From an uncultured Bdellovibrionales bacterium (lineage in GTDB: Bacteria; Patescibacteriota; Minisyncoccia; Moranbacterales; UBA1568): a DNA stretch of 64,000 nt. Below, piece by piece: positions 63,989 through 64,000 of the stretch. Positions within the stretch are counted from its first letter, which is position 1, and each line of letters starts with the position of its first letter. The notes beneath the pieces were generated by a model, which did not search any database, had not been told where the DNA came from, and saw nothing but the letters and a program-made list of their open reading frames with translations. Where the stretch lies: the NCBI GenBank assembly GCA_964612055.1, contig CAZTBI010000001.1, positions 356,824 through 420,823 of the forward strand, read 5' to 3'. The position numbers and the translations under genes are program-made.

Positions 63989-64000
63989 ATACGTACTTTA

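Noticed and set aside
1-64000. tRNA, rRNA and CRISPR arrays
   Set aside because: No T-loop-like GGTTCGAATCC-type motifs in intergenic DNA. No rRNA-sized non-coding stretch. No regularly spaced direct repeats. The only tandem repeats are the 14-bp repeat inside uvrC and a 9-bp duplication at 25631-25648.

Overview
This is a gene-dense 64 kb bacterial window of moderate GC. Almost every confident gene is on the minus strand. The gene content (many small DUF proteins, a type IV pilus assembly cluster with very large pilin-like proteins, short forms of UvrC and the sigma factor) fits a small-genome, possibly CPR/Patescibacteria-like organism. That assignment is inference only.

In transcription order on the minus strand, the window contains:
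- a type I restriction-modification operon (hsdM, hsdS, hsdR) carrying three embedded unknown genes, which is the most likely novel system;
- a block of small DUF proteins and a sigma-70 family factor with an apparent tandem duplication of its region-4 (sigma4) domain;
- a lipoprotein, a PQQ-type sugar dehydrogenase, a hydrolase, a receiver-domain regulator and a cold-shock gene whose promoter sits next to a miniature inverted-repeat (MITE)-like element;
- uvrC and uvrA;
- a type IV pilus locus (pilC, a giant pilin, a pseudopilin, a PilX-like protein, pilM, pilN, pilO);
- rlmN, miaB, xth and rarA;
- the dcw genes mraZ, rsmH, ftsL, ftsI and murF;
- a dTDP-rhamnose/nucleotide-sugar cluster (rfbC, rfbB, rfbD, rfbA, galU, glyA) with a GT4 glycosyltransferase, a DUF4012 protein and murJ;
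- lepA.

The plus strand carries three orphan GC-rich small ORFs, each with a near-consensus sigma70 promoter and an intrinsic terminator. Several more small minus-strand transcription units, likewise bracketed by consensus promoters and hairpin terminators, lie between the housekeeping genes. A conserved ~90-nt intergenic element occurs twice.

No rRNA, tRNA or CRISPR array was seen. The printed line labels and the ORF-track coordinates disagree by 1 nt in places; coordinates of non-ORF features are approximate to ±2 nt.
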